Notes: generated by a model from the letters alone, not told the origin. A DNA stretch of 64,000 nucleotides from an uncultured Actinomycetes bacterium (GCA_963704725.1 OY969934.1:2912001-2976000); one strand, 5' to 3'. Numbered from the stretch's first letter, positions 25,301-39,075 are shown. Made by a program: numbers and translations.

Positions 25301-25915
25301 GACGAAGTCTCCATGGGTGTTGACGGCGTCCCGCTTGAAGTAGCTGGCGTAGGCGCTCTGATCGAGGTGGTAGTAGGGGTCGATGTACCAGTCGCCGTGC
25401 GCCGACAGGACCTGGGCGTGGAACCCCGTTCGGCCGAGATCGAGGCGGATCGTGGCGGTCGGGTCGTCGATCCCCCGGCCGCTGTACGTCGTGACGAAGG
25501 GGAACCGGGCCGCGAGCGCGGGTGCGACCACGGGCGACTCCTGGACCGCGAACCGGGCGAACGGCCCGGCCGGCGTCGGGAGCGAGAGGATCAGCGGGTT
25601 CGTGCGCGCCGCTCGCGTGAACTCCATAGGCGCCGCCTCGAGCGTGCGCTTCATCGCGGCACGGTCCAGCGACAGCGCCAGGTACCGAGAGGCCGAGACG
25701 TCGGCGTTCGCGCGCTGCGGCGAGGCCGGGAGCGAGCGCAGGGCATGCCACATCGACGCCGAGCTCGCCCGCTCACTCGGGAGCGAAGGGCCCGCCTGCG
25801 CCGGGACGGCGGAGACGAGGAGTGCGGCGACGACCGCCACCACCCAGATCGTGACCGGCAGGCGCCGGCGTGAGGGCTCCTGTCCCCGGACGACGCGAAC
25901 GGACGACTCCTTCAT
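22370..25915 (-). CDS. Secreted reprolysin-like (M12B) zinc metalloprotease with Ig-like modules and a duplicated C-terminal domain
   Basis: Signal peptide (..LLVSAVPAQA); LRTYRLALAADGEY, YDVGHVF, HEMGHEFGGNH, EPGSGSTIMAYAG Met-turn; PPMANAD..DVLSNDTDSDG..YTP..DSFTYTV Ig-like repeat. Confidence 0.92.
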   Translation of the reverse strand: MKESSVRVVRGQEPSRRRLPVTIWVVAVVAALLVSAVPAQAGPSLPSERASSASMWHALRSLPASPQRANADVSASRYLALSLDRAAMKRTLEAAPMEFTRAARTNPLILSLPTPAGPFARFAVQESPVVAPALAARFPFVTTYSGRGIDDPTATIRLDLGRTGFHAQVLSAHGDWYIDPYYHLDQSAYASYFKRDAVNTHGDFVERELRRDARAEAAAKGSPGGGLTVGDQLRTYRLALAADGEYSTFQGGTVPLVHNALITAVNRVTGVYEREFAVRLELVANNDSLIYLNPSTDPYNNSNPSQLLSQNQANIDAVIGNANYDVGHVFTTGGGGLSGLAVVGRTGQKARSETGLPSPTGDPFYIDYVAHEMGHEFGGNHSFNGTRGSCAGNGNASTATEPGSGSTIMAYAGICGTDDLQLHSDDYFAAVSFDEIAAYTTTPGSPGNLGAAPSGNTPPTVTVNGGPFTIPMRTPFTLSATGSDSDGDTITYDWEGMDAGALRTLDAASKPSGALFRSFAPTTNPSRTFPTMASVLANQTDANTGTCPALPGGLNCWVEFLPTVGRAMNFRVTVRDNNPAAGGVSGANVTVTAAATGPFLVTSPNTAVTLPGGSSQTVTWDVAGSNAAPINTANVNILLSTDGGTTFPTTLAANTPNDGSQSITLPATATTQARVKVEAVGNVFFDVSDADFTITSGGGNVPPMANADSATTPVDTAVAIDVLSNDTDSDGTLVPSSVTVAGPPASGGTSVNPTTGAITYTPNSGFSGADSFTYTVNDDDGATSNAATVSVTVGSGGTTDLFPSSFTIESGSLGGGSAASLNADDDSFLVVRTPKSGTGHTATWYGTFTGVDNGIGSLAATYKGKSSATCTQTISIFRWTDSTWVPLDTRSIGTTEVLISGLSPSGTLADFVSNTSGTGDVRIRVSCSGGSTFNLSGDLMMLTVGSGGGGTQTLTVAVAGTGSGTVTSSPAGINCPGDCSEAYTTGTVVDLTATPDGGSTFSGWSGACSGTGACQVTMNAAASVTASFAGSGGTTDLFPSSFTIESGSLGGGSAASLNADDDSFLVVRTPKSGTGHTATWYGTFTGVDNGIGSLAATYKGKSSATCTQTISIFRWTDSTWVLLDTRSIGTTEVLISGLSPSGTLADFVSNTSGTGDVRIRVSCSGGSNFNLSGDLMMLTVG
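22374..23537. repeat. Near-identical ~456-bp direct repeat (22374-22829 and 23082-23537)
   Basis: Offset 708 bp; protein copies differ at WVP/LLDTR and GGST/NFNL. Confidence 0.95.
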
Positions 25916-26093
25916 GCTTTTCCCCCTTCGAGTGACGCGGGCGGCCCGACGCAGACCGGCCCTGCAGCGTACCCGGCACGCCACGGAACCGGAACCAGCC
26001 GGATGGGGGCGAAATCTACCGCGAACGACCTACCGGGCGCCAGCGCCCCGCCTTCGGCGCCGAATCCACCACTCGCGCTGCTAGGTTCCCGGC

Positions 26094-26882
26094 GTGTCCG
26101 GCGACCTCGACCTGGAGTCCCTGTCCCTTGCGGCGGCCGAGGCCGCCCGCGTGGGCGGCCGGGTGATCCTGGACGGAGCCGGCTCGGCGGCCCCGGAGAT
26201 CAAGGGGGCGGGCGACTACGTGACCGAGGTCGATCGGGCGAGCGAGCGGGCCATCATGGCCTCGCTCGACCGGGCGGCGCCGGGGATCCCCGTCGTCGGC
26301 GAGGAGACCGGCGGCGACCGGGGCGACCGATGGTGGGTGGTCGACCCGCTGGACGGAACGACCAACTTCATCCACGGGTTCCCCGCGGTGGCCGTCTCGG
26401 TGGCGCTCGTCGACGGCGGGCGGCCGGTCGTGGGCGCCGTCCACGCTCCGTTCCTCGGCGAGACCTACCACGCGGCCCGAGGGTCCGGGGCGATCGTGGT
26501 CCGCGCCGACGGCCGGATCGACCGGCTCGCCGTCTCCGAGCGTGCCGTGGAGCGCGCCGTCGTCGGCACCGGCTTCCCGTTCCGGCGCAAGGATCTCCTG
26601 CCCAGGTACCTCGCGACGATGTCCGGGGCGCTCCGGCGGTTCGAGGACCTCCGCCGGCCGGGCGCGGCGGCGCTCGACCTGGCCTGGGTGGCGGCCGGCG
26701 TCTTCGACGGGTTCTTCGAGCTGGCCCTGAACGCCTGGGACGTGGCCGCGGGCGCCCTGCTCATCGAGGAGGCCGGCGGCGTGGTCACGGACTGGGAAGG
26801 CGGCCCCGGCTACCTCTCGGGCGACATCCTGGCCGGCTCCGCGGCGGTCCACGCGGCGCTGCTCGCGCTCGCCGAGCCGTGA
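26094..26882 (+). CDS. suhB: Inositol monophosphatase family protein
   Basis: DYVTEVD, GEE, WVVDPLDGTTNF, RRPGAAALDLAWVAAG, WDVAAG; TAGGTT 6 nt before GTG. Confidence 0.88.
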   Translation: MSGDLDLESLSLAAAEAARVGGRVILDGAGSAAPEIKGAGDYVTEVDRASERAIMASLDRAAPGIPVVGEETGGDRGDRWWVVDPLDGTTNFIHGFPAVAVSVALVDGGRPVVGAVHAPFLGETYHAARGSGAIVVRADGRIDRLAVSERAVERAVVGTGFPFRRKDLLPRYLATMSGALRRFEDLRRPGAAALDLAWVAAGVFDGFFELALNAWDVAAGALLIEEAGGVVTDWEGGPGYLSGDILAGSAAVHAALLALAEP

Positions 26883-27445
26883 GGTGGCGGCGGAGGGGCC
26901 ACGACGACCTCCGCCGGTGGGCGGAGGATCTGTCCGCCCGTCACGGCGCGGCGATCGCGTCGCTCGTCGGCCGCTCGACCGTCCCCGAGATCCGCGTCGA
27001 GGTGTCCCCCGCCGGCGAGTGGGCGGCGTGGACGAGCGGGCGAACGGTGACCCTGAACGCCGGCTGGTTCGCCCGGCACCCGGACGACGTCGGCGGCCTC
27101 CTGCACGAGGTCGCCCACGCCGTGATGGAGGCGCCGGGGCAGGCCGGGACCTCGTGGCTCATCGAGGGCATCGCGGACTACGTGCGGGACGCGCTCGGCT
27201 TCGACGCCTCCTGGACGTTCGCCCACCACGAGCCGGGCATGGCCACGGCGGGGTACCAGACGACCGCGCACTTCCTGCTCTGGTTCGAGGCGCGACGCCC
27301 CGGGACCGTCGCCGAGATCGCGCGGCGGCTCTCGGCCGGGACCTATCACCCCGACGTGTTCGAGGAGCTCTGCGGTGCTCCGCTCGAGGCCCTCGTCGAC
27401 GCGTACGACCGAGACGCGGGCGGAACGGGTGGAGGGCCGGGGTAG
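26879..27445 (+). CDS. BSP-family (basic secretory protein) HExxH metallopeptidase-like protein
   Basis: GTGA overlap with upstream stop; LLHEVAHAV...WLIEGIADYVR...GYQTTAHFLLW. Confidence 0.75.
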   Translation: MRWRRRGHDDLRRWAEDLSARHGAAIASLVGRSTVPEIRVEVSPAGEWAAWTSGRTVTLNAGWFARHPDDVGGLLHEVAHAVMEAPGQAGTSWLIEGIADYVRDALGFDASWTFAHHEPGMATAGYQTTAHFLLWFEARRPGTVAEIARRLSAGTYHPDVFEELCGAPLEALVDAYDRDAGGTGGGPG

Positions 27446-27458
27446 CCGGCCCTCCACC
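27428..27458. terminator. Perfect 13-bp hairpin between convergent genes
   Basis: ggtggagggccgg-ggtag-ccggccctccacc. Confidence 0.65.
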
Positions 27459-27472
27459 GCGTCGTCGAACGC

Positions 27473-29314
27473 TTACCCGAGTGGGACCTTGGCGTAGTAG
27501 ATGTCAGCCTCCGGAACCCCGAGGTTCCGGCCCCGCGAGTCCGCCCACACCATGTGGACGAAGCCGCCCGTGGCCTGGATCGACATGTAGTCGCCGAGGA
27601 ACCCGCACTGGGCCGGGTTGGCCGCGCAGGTCACGTTGGGCATCGAGCCCGTCGTCACGCGCCGGTAGGTCCACGTGTCGCCGGTCGTCGAGCTCGCGAG
27701 GGTGATGTCGTTGCAGCCGGTGGCCTCGCAACCGCCGTAGCCCCGGTCGTAGTACCCGACGTAGAGCCGGCCGTCCTCGCCGACGTCGCCCCAGTTCTGC
27801 CACTGGGCCGAGGTCGAGTCGGCGGCCGAGACGAGCTGCGGACCGGACCACGTCGCACCGCCGTCCGTCGACACCGAGGCGAAGACGTCGTTGTTGATGG
27901 TGTCGCACGGAAGCGCGGGGACCCCGAACGTGGGGTCGGTGGCGCACGGCCCGCCGTTGCGGAAGTCCGACCAGAACACGGCCAGGCGACCCGTCGTCTC
28001 GTCGATCCCCATGGACGGGAAGTCACTCATCCGGTAGCCATTGGGCGGCAGGCACTGCCGGAACAACGGACAGTCGGTGATCTCGTTGCCCGGCAGGCTG
28101 TACGGCTGGGTGGCGACGTCGTCTCCGGCGACCACCGGGGCCGTCCAGGTCAGTCCCCCGTCGGACGACTTGACCACCATCTGCTGGCACGCGACGAGCC
28201 CGCCGAGCGGAGCGCCCTCCGGCGTGTTGCAGTTGTTGAAGGTCACGTAGACCGTTCCGTCCGGTCCGACCACCGGGAACGAGCCCTGGTCGAAGTTGCA
28301 CGAGTCGGGCGCGATCGTCGGGTCGAAGAAGTCGCCGCCCACGCAGTCCGACGAGTTCCCGCTGATCTGGAGCGGATCGCTCCAGTTCACCCCGCCGTCC
28401 TCGGACCGGGAGATGAAGATCGGACTCTCCAGGTACAGGCCGGTGTCGTCGAACCGGAAGATCGTCCACGTGAGGTAGACGTTGTCGACGAAGGGGCTGC
28501 CGGGGTGCGAGTCGGCCGCCATCAGGTTCTTGTCGTCAGAGAGCAGACCGTTGTCGAAGTTGTCCCGGACCACGATCGGCGTCGCGTTCAGCGGCGCGAC
28601 GAACGGGTCACACCCGCCCGAGCCGGGCGTGTGCAGCGCCGAGCCGTCGAGGCACGTGTTCGACTTCCACACGACCATGGCGGAGGCCCCGTCCTGGAAG
28701 GCGTCGAACGCGACCGCCGAGTAGTACAGGTTGCCCTGAGAGTCGAAGGTCTGCGCCGGGTCGCTGTAGGCGTCGAACGACCACTGCCCGCCCGGCACGT
28801 TGCCCATGGCCACCCGGCCGTTCGGCAGCTCGGAGTCCCCCCAGTGCCGCCCGCCGTCCAGCGAGAAGTCCACCGCGGTGCGGTTGCCGAAGAACTTCGA
28901 GTCGTTCTGGCCGGCGACGATGACGTTGGGGTTGGTGGGATCGACGGCGACCCACTCCTCGGCCTGCTGGCGGAACCCGCAGTCCTGGTTCACACGGACG
29001 TTGTCCGGGATCGGCCCCTTGCCCTTGAAGACGAACGGGCAGCCGTACGTGGAGATCCTGGGCGCGGTGCCCGCGGCAGGCGCGGCCGCCGGGGCCGACC
29101 GTGCGAGCAGCTCCTGGACGGTCTGCTCGAACCCGGCCGACGGCGCCGGCACGAACCGGCCGTTCGGCAGGCGCTGGGGCGCCCTCCCGGCCGCCGCACG
29201 CTGGGCCTGCAGGACGAGCGGGCTCCGGTGTACGGCGGGGCCGGAGACCCCTTGGGGCACGTAGACGATGAGGAGCGCGATCACGGCCGCGGCCGCGAGC
29301 ACCACCCTTCGCAT
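27473..29314 (-). CDS. Secreted Asp-box (BNR) beta-propeller protein, sialidase-like fold
   Basis: GGAGG RBS, signal peptide MRRVVLAAAAVIALL; Asp boxes SLDGGRHW, SEDGGVNW, SSDGGLTW, STDGGATW; SDP, DK and FLGDY motifs. Confidence 0.82.
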   Translation of the reverse strand: MRRVVLAAAAVIALLIVYVPQGVSGPAVHRSPLVLQAQRAAAGRAPQRLPNGRFVPAPSAGFEQTVQELLARSAPAAAPAAGTAPRISTYGCPFVFKGKGPIPDNVRVNQDCGFRQQAEEWVAVDPTNPNVIVAGQNDSKFFGNRTAVDFSLDGGRHWGDSELPNGRVAMGNVPGGQWSFDAYSDPAQTFDSQGNLYYSAVAFDAFQDGASAMVVWKSNTCLDGSALHTPGSGGCDPFVAPLNATPIVVRDNFDNGLLSDDKNLMAADSHPGSPFVDNVYLTWTIFRFDDTGLYLESPIFISRSEDGGVNWSDPLQISGNSSDCVGGDFFDPTIAPDSCNFDQGSFPVVGPDGTVYVTFNNCNTPEGAPLGGLVACQQMVVKSSDGGLTWTAPVVAGDDVATQPYSLPGNEITDCPLFRQCLPPNGYRMSDFPSMGIDETTGRLAVFWSDFRNGGPCATDPTFGVPALPCDTINNDVFASVSTDGGATWSGPQLVSAADSTSAQWQNWGDVGEDGRLYVGYYDRGYGGCEATGCNDITLASSTTGDTWTYRRVTTGSMPNVTCAANPAQCGFLGDYMSIQATGGFVHMVWADSRGRNLGVPEADIYYAKVPLG

Positions 29315-29474
29315 GCTTCCTCCTCTCGAGACGGCGCGGGCACCAGAGTGATCGAGCGTGCGGATCGGATCCCCAGGGGCATCCCCCTCTCCCGGACGAA
29401 GGACAACAGAGAGTCCCCCGTTCGCGCTCCGTGCAAACCCCTCCGCCCGGGTGGGGCCGATGGGCATACGACGG

Positions 29475-29505
29475 AAAGAGCCGGGCGGCTTTCGCCGCCC
29501 GGCTC
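29475..29505 (-). terminator. Intrinsic terminator of rpoBC
   Basis: GAGCCGGGCGGC-GAAA-GCCGCCCGGCTC-TTT, ~25 nt after the rpoC stop. Confidence 0.85.
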
Positions 29506-29528
29506 CGACCTACCGTGTCGCGGGAGTC

Positions 29529-32500
29529 CTACTCCTCGGGCGCGTACGAGCCGCCGAGCATGCGCTCGGCCTCCTCGCGGGTGAGCCCCGCCAGGACCGG
29601 CTCGCGAGGCTCGCCGGCCTCGGCCGCCTGCTCGGCGAGCTCCCGCTGGCGGGCCAGCCAGTACTCGGGGATCGCCTCGGGCTTGACCTTCACGCCCACG
29701 TTCCGGTAGCGGCCCATGCCCGTGCCGGCCGGGATCAGCTTGCCGATGATCACGTTCTCCTTCAGCCCGAGCAGGCCGTCGGACTTCCCGGCGATCGCGG
29801 CCTCGGTCAGCACTCGGGTCGTCTCCTGGAAGGAGGCGGCCGAGAGCCACGAGTCGGTGGCGAGCGAGGCCTTCGTGATCCCGAGCAGCTGCGGACGGGC
29901 CGTGGCCGGCTGGCTACCGCTCTCGACGGTGTCACGGTTCGTCGCCTCGAAGCGGCGCCGGTCGACGAGGTCGCCCGGCAGGAACGTGGTGTCACCCGGC
30001 TCGATGATCTGCACCTTGCGGAGCATCTGCCGCACGATCAGCTCGATGTGCTTGTCGTGGATCGTGACGCCCTGGCTCCGGTACACCTGCTGGACCTCCT
30101 CCACCAGGTGCTGCTGGAGCGCCTGGACGCCCTCGATCCGCAGCTTCTCGTGGGGGTTCACCGAACCCTCCGTGAGCTGCTGACCGACGTCCACGGCCTC
30201 GTTGTCGCCGACGAGGAGCCGGGCGCGGAACCCCACCTTGTACTGCACCTGGTCGCCGTCCTCGGACGTGACCGTGAGGCGCCGCTCCTTCTTCTCCTCG
30301 TCGTCCTCGATCAGGACGGTCCCCGGCAGCTCGGTGATGAGCGCCTCGCCCTTGGGCCGGCGCGCCTCGAACAGCTCGACCACGCGCGGCAGGCCGTGCG
30401 TGATGTCCTCGCCCGCCACGCCGCCGGTGTGGAAGGTCCGCATCGTGAGCTGCGTGCCCGGCTCACCGATCGACTGGGCCGCGACGATCCCGACCGACTC
30501 CCCGATGTCCACCAGCCGGCCGGTGGCGAGCGACCACCCGTAGCACAGCCGGCACACGCCGTACTCGGCCTCGCACGTGGTGGCCGAACGGACGCGCACC
30601 GTGTCCACCCCGGCCTCGACCAGCCTCGCGCCGAGGGCGTCGTCGATCTCGTCGCCCTTGGAGGCGATCTTCTTCTTGTTCTCGCCCTTGACATCCTCGG
30701 CCAGCACGCGCCCGAACAGCGACGTGTCCAGGTGGGCGTTCGGCTCCCGGGTGTCGCGGGGCGTCTCGTACGTCACGGGCACCGGGATGGACCGGTCGGT
30801 CCCGCAGTCGTCCTCGCGGACGATGAGCTCCTGCGAGACGTCCACCAGCCGACGCGTGAGGTAGCCGGAGTCGGCCGTCCGCAGCGCCGTGTCCGCCAGG
30901 CCCTTGCGGGCGCCGTGGGTCGAGATGAAGTACTCGAGCACGGACAGGCCCTCGCGGAAGTTGGACTTGATCGGCCGCGGGATGATCTCGCCCTTGGGGT
31001 TGGCCACCAGGCCCCGCATGCCGGCGATCTGCCGGATCTGCATGATGTTCCCCCGGGCGCCCGAGTTGGCCATCATGTAGATGGGGTTGGTCTTGCCGAA
31101 CTGGGCCTCCATGGCGTCCTTCACGTCGTCGGTCGCCTTGGTCCAGATCTCGATCAGCTCCTGGCGGCGCTCGTCGTCCGTGATGATGCCCTTGCGGTAC
31201 TGCGACTCGATCTTGGACGCGTGCGCCTCGTGCAGGTCGAGGATCTTCTGCTTGTCCGGAGGCGTCGTGACGTCCTCGACCCCCAGCGTGACGCCGGCGC
31301 GCGTGGCGTAGTGGAAGCCGACGTTCTTGAGGTTGTCGAGGATCTCCTCGACCTGCGTGCGGTCGTACCGATGCACGCAGGCGTCGACGAGCCGGCCGAC
31401 GTCGCCCTTCATGAGCGGCCGGTTCACGAACTCCTCGGTGTCGGGGAAGCACTGGTTGAAGATGATCCGCCCGACCGTGGTCTCGACCAGCGGGACCCGG
31501 GTCCCGTTGCCCTCCTGGTCGACCTCGACCGTCTCGGGCAGCATGTCGGCCGGCAGCGACTTGCCCGGCAGCCGGATCTTCACCACGGTGTGGAGCTTCA
31601 CGAGCTTGTGGTCCAGCGCCATCATCGCCTCGTCGACCGAGGAGAACCGAGGGATGTCCTCGTCCTTGGCGGGACGCTCCGGCTCGATCGTCAGGTAGTA
31701 GATCCCGAGGATCATGTCCTGGGTCGGCACGGCGATCGGTCGCCCGTGGGCGGGCGACAGGATGTTGTTGGTCGACAGCATCAGGATCCGCGCCTCGGCC
31801 TGTGCCTCGGCGGACAGCGGGACGTGGACGGCCATCTGGTCGCCGTCGAAGTCCGCGTTGAACGCGGTGCAGACGAGGGGGTGGATCTGGATGGCCTTGC
31901 CCTCGACCAGCACCGGCTCGAAGGCCTGGATGCCGAGGCGGTGCAGGGTCGGCGCCCGGTTCAGCAGCACCGGGTGCTCCTTGATGACCTCCTCGAGCAC
32001 GTCCCACACCTGGGGCCGGGCACGCTCGACCATGCGCTTGGCGCTCTTGATGTTCTGCGCCAGCGCCTGGTCCACGAGCCGCTTCATGACGAAGGGCTTG
32101 AACAGCTCCAGCGCCATCTGCTTGGGCAGCCCGCACTGGTGCAGGCGGAGCTCCGGGCCGACGACGATGACCGAGCGGCCCGAGTAGTCCACGCGCTTGC
32201 CGAGCAGGTTCTGGCGGAACCGCCCCTGCTTACCCTTCAGCATGTCCGAGAGCGACTTCAGCGGACGGTTGCCGGGCCCGGTGACCGGGCGGCCCCGGCG
32301 GCCGTTGTCGAACAGCGCGTCGACGGCCTCCTGCAGCATCCGCTTCTCGTTGTTCACGATGATCTCGGGCGCCTGCAGGTCCAGGAGCCGCTTCAGCCGG
32401 TTGTTCCGGTTGATGACCCGGCGGTACAGGTCGTTGAGGTCGGACGTCGCGAACCGGCCGCCGTCGAGCTGCACCATCGGGCGCAGGTCGGGCGGGATGA

Positions 32501-33455
32501 CCGGCACGGCGTCGAGCACCATGCCCATGGGCGAGTTGCGGCCCTCGGTGAAGTTGGAGACGACCTTGAGCCGCTTGATCGCCTTCAGCCGCCGCGTGCC
32601 CTTGCCGGTCTCGATCTGCTCGCGCAGGTTCCCGGCCTCCTCCTCGAGCTTGAGGTCCTGCAGCAGGCGCTTGATGGCCTCGGCGCCCATCCCGCCGTCG
32701 AAGTAGTCGCCGAACCGCTCGCGGAGGGAGCGGTACACGGCGTCGTCGGCGACGAGCTGCTTCAGGTTCAGGCTCTTGAAGGCCGACAGCGTCTCGTCGA
32801 GATGATCGGTGTCGCGCTTGGTGGCCTCGGTCATCCTCTCGATGTCGCGCTGGGCCTCGCGCCGGGCGGCCGAGAGCTGGGCGCCCTTGGCCCCCTCGGC
32901 CTCGAGCTCCTTCAGCCGGTCCTCGAGCTCACCCAGGCGCACCTTGATCTCGTCGTCGCGCTCGGCCTCGAGCTCCTTCTTCTCCTCGTCGATCTGCGTC
33001 TCGATCTCGGGCAGGTCCTTGTGCCGGCGCTCGGCGTCGACGCGCGTGACCACGTAGGCCGCGAAGTAGATGATCCGCTCGAGGTCCTTCGGCGCGATGT
33101 CGAGCAGGTACCCGAGGCGGCTCGGAACGCCCTTGAAGTACCAGATGTGCGTGACCGGGGCCGCGAGCTCGATGTGCCCCATCCGGTCGCGACGCACCTT
33201 GGAGCGCGTGATCTCGACCCCGCACCGCTCGCAGATGATCCCCTTGAACCGGACGCGCTTGTACTTGCCGCAGTGGCACTCCCAGTCCCGCGTCGGCCCG
33301 AAGATCCGCTCGCAGAACAGCCCGTCCTTCTCCGGCTTCAGCGTCCGGTAGTTGATCGTCTCCGGCTTCTTGACCTCGCCGTTCGACCACGCCCGGATCT
33401 GATCCGCCGTAGCCAGCCCGATCCGGATCTCGTCGAAGTAGTTCACGTCAAGCAC
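29529..33455 (-). CDS. rpoC: RNA polymerase beta-prime subunit
   Basis: [10 protein letters not shown], zinc-binding Cys, NADFDGD catalytic motif, TQLTMRTFH; actinobacterial coiled-coil insertion. Confidence 0.99.
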   Translation of the reverse strand: MLDVNYFDEIRIGLATADQIRAWSNGEVKKPETINYRTLKPEKDGLFCERIFGPTRDWECHCGKYKRVRFKGIICERCGVEITRSKVRRDRMGHIELAAPVTHIWYFKGVPSRLGYLLDIAPKDLERIIYFAAYVVTRVDAERRHKDLPEIETQIDEEKKELEAERDDEIKVRLGELEDRLKELEAEGAKGAQLSAARREAQRDIERMTEATKRDTDHLDETLSAFKSLNLKQLVADDAVYRSLRERFGDYFDGGMGAEAIKRLLQDLKLEEEAGNLREQIETGKGTRRLKAIKRLKVVSNFTEGRNSPMGMVLDAVPVIPPDLRPMVQLDGGRFATSDLNDLYRRVINRNNRLKRLLDLQAPEIIVNNEKRMLQEAVDALFDNGRRGRPVTGPGNRPLKSLSDMLKGKQGRFRQNLLGKRVDYSGRSVIVVGPELRLHQCGLPKQMALELFKPFVMKRLVDQALAQNIKSAKRMVERARPQVWDVLEEVIKEHPVLLNRAPTLHRLGIQAFEPVLVEGKAIQIHPLVCTAFNADFDGDQMAVHVPLSAEAQAEARILMLSTNNILSPAHGRPIAVPTQDMILGIYYLTIEPERPAKDEDIPRFSSVDEAMMALDHKLVKLHTVVKIRLPGKSLPADMLPETVEVDQEGNGTRVPLVETTVGRIIFNQCFPDTEEFVNRPLMKGDVGRLVDACVHRYDRTQVEEILDNLKNVGFHYATRAGVTLGVEDVTTPPDKQKILDLHEAHASKIESQYRKGIITDDERRQELIEIWTKATDDVKDAMEAQFGKTNPIYMMANSGARGNIMQIRQIAGMRGLVANPKGEIIPRPIKSNFREGLSVLEYFISTHGARKGLADTALRTADSGYLTRRLVDVSQELIVREDDCGTDRSIPVPVTYETPRDTREPNAHLDTSLFGRVLAEDVKGENKKKIASKGDEIDDALGARLVEAGVDTVRVRSATTCEAEYGVCRLCYGWSLATGRLVDIGESVGIVAAQSIGEPGTQLTMRTFHTGGVAGEDITHGLPRVVELFEARRPKGEALITELPGTVLIEDDEEKKERRLTVTSEDGDQVQYKVGFRARLLVGDNEAVDVGQQLTEGSVNPHEKLRIEGVQALQQHLVEEVQQVYRSQGVTIHDKHIELIVRQMLRKVQIIEPGDTTFLPGDLVDRRRFEATNRDTVESGSQPATARPQLLGITKASLATDSWLSAASFQETTRVLTEAAIAGKSDGLLGLKENVIIGKLIPAGTGMGRYRNVGVKVKPEAIPEYWLARQRELAEQAAEAGEPREPVLAGLTREEAERMLGGSYAPEE

Positions 33456-33576
33456 TACGCAGGCCTCCTCGCAGACCTCGCCCTACCACCCTGTTCAACA
33501 AACACGTGTTCCCGCCCGCCGACGCCGGGGCGGAGCGGAATCGGAGCGACGTGACAGCGTCGCCGGTCGCCCCCCG

Positions 33577-37029
<3,453 letters not shown>

Positions 37030-37103
37030 GAACTATCCCCCCTAGGGTTAGCGACGGACACGCCTGGGATCAGGGCATGCGGAACGCGGCACGGCAAACG
37101 AGT

Positions 37104-37132
37104 AGTCTAGGTGCGCAGACGCGCAGCGTCAA
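37104..37132 (-). promoter_or_regulatory. rpoBC proximal promoter
   Basis: TTGACG-N17-TAGACT. Confidence 0.8.
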
Positions 37133-37166
37133 CCCCCGGGTGGGGAGCCCGGTCTGAACCGGCCAG

Positions 37167-37195
37167 AGGTTACTCCCGCCGGATGGCGAGGTCAA
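37167..37195 (-). promoter_or_regulatory. rpoBC distal promoter
   Basis: TTGACC-N17-TAACCT. Confidence 0.75.
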
Positions 37196-37235
37196 CCGGC
37201 CGAAGGACCTTCTCCCCGTTCGGGAAGCCGGATCC

Positions 37236-37640
37236 TCAGTCGGCCGCAGACGCGAGCTGCGAGAACGCGACGGCTTCGGCCGCCACCGGCTCCCCGAGCA
37301 CGCTCTCGTCGACCATCCCGAGGGCTCGGGCGATGTCCCCGACCGCGGTCCCGAGCGCGACCGCCTGATCGCTCGTCTGGATCCGGACGCCCCGAGCCGT
37401 GAGGACGTTGAAGAACTCCTCCATCAAGGCGCGGTCGTCCCCGAGGAGCGAGGCCTCGGAGACCTCGAGAGCCCTGGCCAGGCGCTCGAGCGTCTGGATC
37501 GAGGGCGCAACGTGGCCGTTCTCGTACCGTGAAAGGCGCGCCTTCGGGATCCCCGAGATCTCCTCGAGGTCCGATTGCGAGTACCCGGCTCGGATCCGGG
37601 TCTCGCGCAGGCGTTGTCCGAAGGTCCGTTCGTCCTTCAT
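37236..37640 (-). CDS. XRE-family helix-turn-helix regulator
   Basis: FGQRLRETRIRAGYSQSDL...LSRYENGHVAPSIQTLERLARALEVS. Confidence 0.92.
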   Translation of the reverse strand: MKDERTFGQRLRETRIRAGYSQSDLEEISGIPKARLSRYENGHVAPSIQTLERLARALEVSEASLLGDDRALMEEFFNVLTARGVRIQTSDQAVALGTAVGDIARALGMVDESVLGEPVAAEAVAFSQLASAAD

Positions 37641-37754
37641 CTGGCCAGCCCCCCTGCCGCGTTGCCTCGGGAATCTACCCTACGGCAGCATACGAGCGCA
37701 AAGCGCGCTCTACAGGGCCGATCGGCCCCCACCGAGGAGAAACGGCCGAAGGGC

Positions 37755-38144
37755 CTACTTCACCTCGACGGTGGCCCCGGCGGCCTCCAGCTGCTCCCTC
37801 GCCTTGTCCGCGGCCTCCTTGGTGACCTTCTCGAGCACGGGGTTCGGCGCGCCGTCGACGAGGTCCTTGGCCTCCTTCAGGCCCAGGCTCGTGAGGGCCC
37901 GAACCTCCTTGATGACCTGGATCTTCTTCTCGCCGGCCGCGTTCAGGATCACGTCGAACTCCGTCTGCTCCTCGGCCTCCTCGGCCGCGGGTCCCCCGGT
38001 GCCCGGCGCGGCCATCATCATCGGGGCCGCCGCCGCTGCCTGGACGTCGAAGGTCTCCTCGAACCTCTTGATGAAGTCCGAGAGCTCGAGCAGAGTCATG
38101 TCCTTGAACTGGTCCAGCAGGTCGTCCGAGCTCATCTTCGCCAT
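37755..38144 (-). CDS. rplL: 50S ribosomal protein L7/L12
   Basis: MTLLELSDF...[10 protein letters not shown]...KIQVIKEVR...[10 protein letters not shown]. Confidence 0.99.
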   Translation of the reverse strand: MAKMSSDDLLDQFKDMTLLELSDFIKRFEETFDVQAAAAAPMMMAAPGTGGPAAEEAEEQTEFDVILNAAGEKKIQVIKEVRALTSLGLKEAKDLVDGAPNPVLEKVTKEAADKAREQLEAAGATVEVK

Positions 38145-38147
38145 CGG

Positions 38148-38891
38148 TCACTCCTCCTCGTCGTTCGCGGAGGTCTCGGCCTCCGTCGATCCCTCACCGA
38201 CCGTCTCGTCTGGGGCGGTCTCCTCGGCGGGCTCCTCCGCGGCGGCCTCCTCCGCGGCGGCCTCCTCGGCGGGCTCCTCCACGGCTGCCTCGGCCTGCGG
38301 AGGCTCGGCCTCCTGAGTCGGGGTCTCGGGCGGTGACTCCGCCGGGGCCACCTCCGCTGCCCCCTCCGGCTCCGGAGCTCCCGGCAGCTTGTCCCGATAG
38401 GCCTCGAGCACGCCCAGGAAGCGGGACTGCAGAGCCTGGAACATGGACGCCGCCCGGGTCATCTCGGACTTCAGCATCCCGGCGATGCGGGAGAGCATGA
38501 CCTCTCGCGACTCGAGGGTGGCGAGCGCCTGCGCCTCGGACGCGCCGAGGACCCTACCCTCCATGTAGGCGCCCTTCAGCACGAGCGCCGGGAACTTCTT
38601 CGCCGCGTCGACGACCCGCTTGGCCGCCGCGACCACGTCGCCGTCGACGAACGCCACGGCGGTCGGGCCCGTCAGCAGCGCGTCGAGATCCTCGATCCCC
38701 GCCTCGCCGGCGGCCCGCAGCATGAGCGTGTTCTTGACCACCGAGAACCGGCCGGTGTCCGCGAGGGACCGGCGAAGCTCGGTGGCGTCCTGCACCGTGA
38801 GCCCGCGGTACTCGGCGAGCAGCAGGGCGTTCGAGCCCTGGATCCGCTCCTTCAGCGCCGCGACCTTGTCGATCTTCTCAGCGTTCGGCAT
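38148..38891 (-). CDS. rplJ: 50S ribosomal protein L10 with ~75-aa acidic tail
   Basis: ATG 38891 with GGAGG; EYRGLTV...VVKNTL...LTGPTAVAF...LKGAYMEG. Confidence 0.97.
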   Translation of the reverse strand: MPNAEKIDKVAALKERIQGSNALLLAEYRGLTVQDATELRRSLADTGRFSVVKNTLMLRAAGEAGIEDLDALLTGPTAVAFVDGDVVAAAKRVVDAAKKFPALVLKGAYMEGRVLGASEAQALATLESREVMLSRIAGMLKSEMTRAASMFQALQSRFLGVLEAYRDKLPGAPEPEGAAEVAPAESPPETPTQEAEPPQAEAAVEEPAEEAAAEEAAAEEPAEETAPDETVGEGSTEAETSANDEEE

Positions 38892-38911
38892 CGCGCCTCC
38901 ATGAGGAACAC

Positions 38912-39018
38912 AACAAACGCCTCCGCGGACTCGCGGAGGCGCGCGCGTGGTGGCACGTTCGTTCGCCTCGGCAGGTACCGGCGTGGCCGGATCATGCGGC
39001 GCCCCTGCGGTCTGCGGC
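38912..39018 (-). promoter_or_regulatory. L10 leader (autoregulatory RNA) with attenuator-like hairpin
   Basis: CCGCAGACCGCAGG...CCTGCCGAGG signature, then CGCCTCCGCG-AGTC-CGCGGAGGCG-TTTGTT before the rplJ RBS. Confidence 0.75.
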
Positions 39019-39024
39019 TCGATC

Positions 39025-39053
39025 AGGGTACCGACGGGACTCCGCCGCGACAA
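39025..39053 (-). promoter_or_regulatory. Putative rplJL promoter
   Basis: TTGTCG-N17-TACCCT immediately upstream of the L10 leader. Confidence 0.6.
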
Positions 39054-39075
39054 CGGGTGCCGGGGGTTCCGGCCG

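Noticed and set aside
29400-29470. Possible c-di-GMP-I riboswitch (gcaaacc...gggg)
   Set aside because: No GNRA loop or GACGCAAAG element, and it is on the wrong strand for the adjacent gene.
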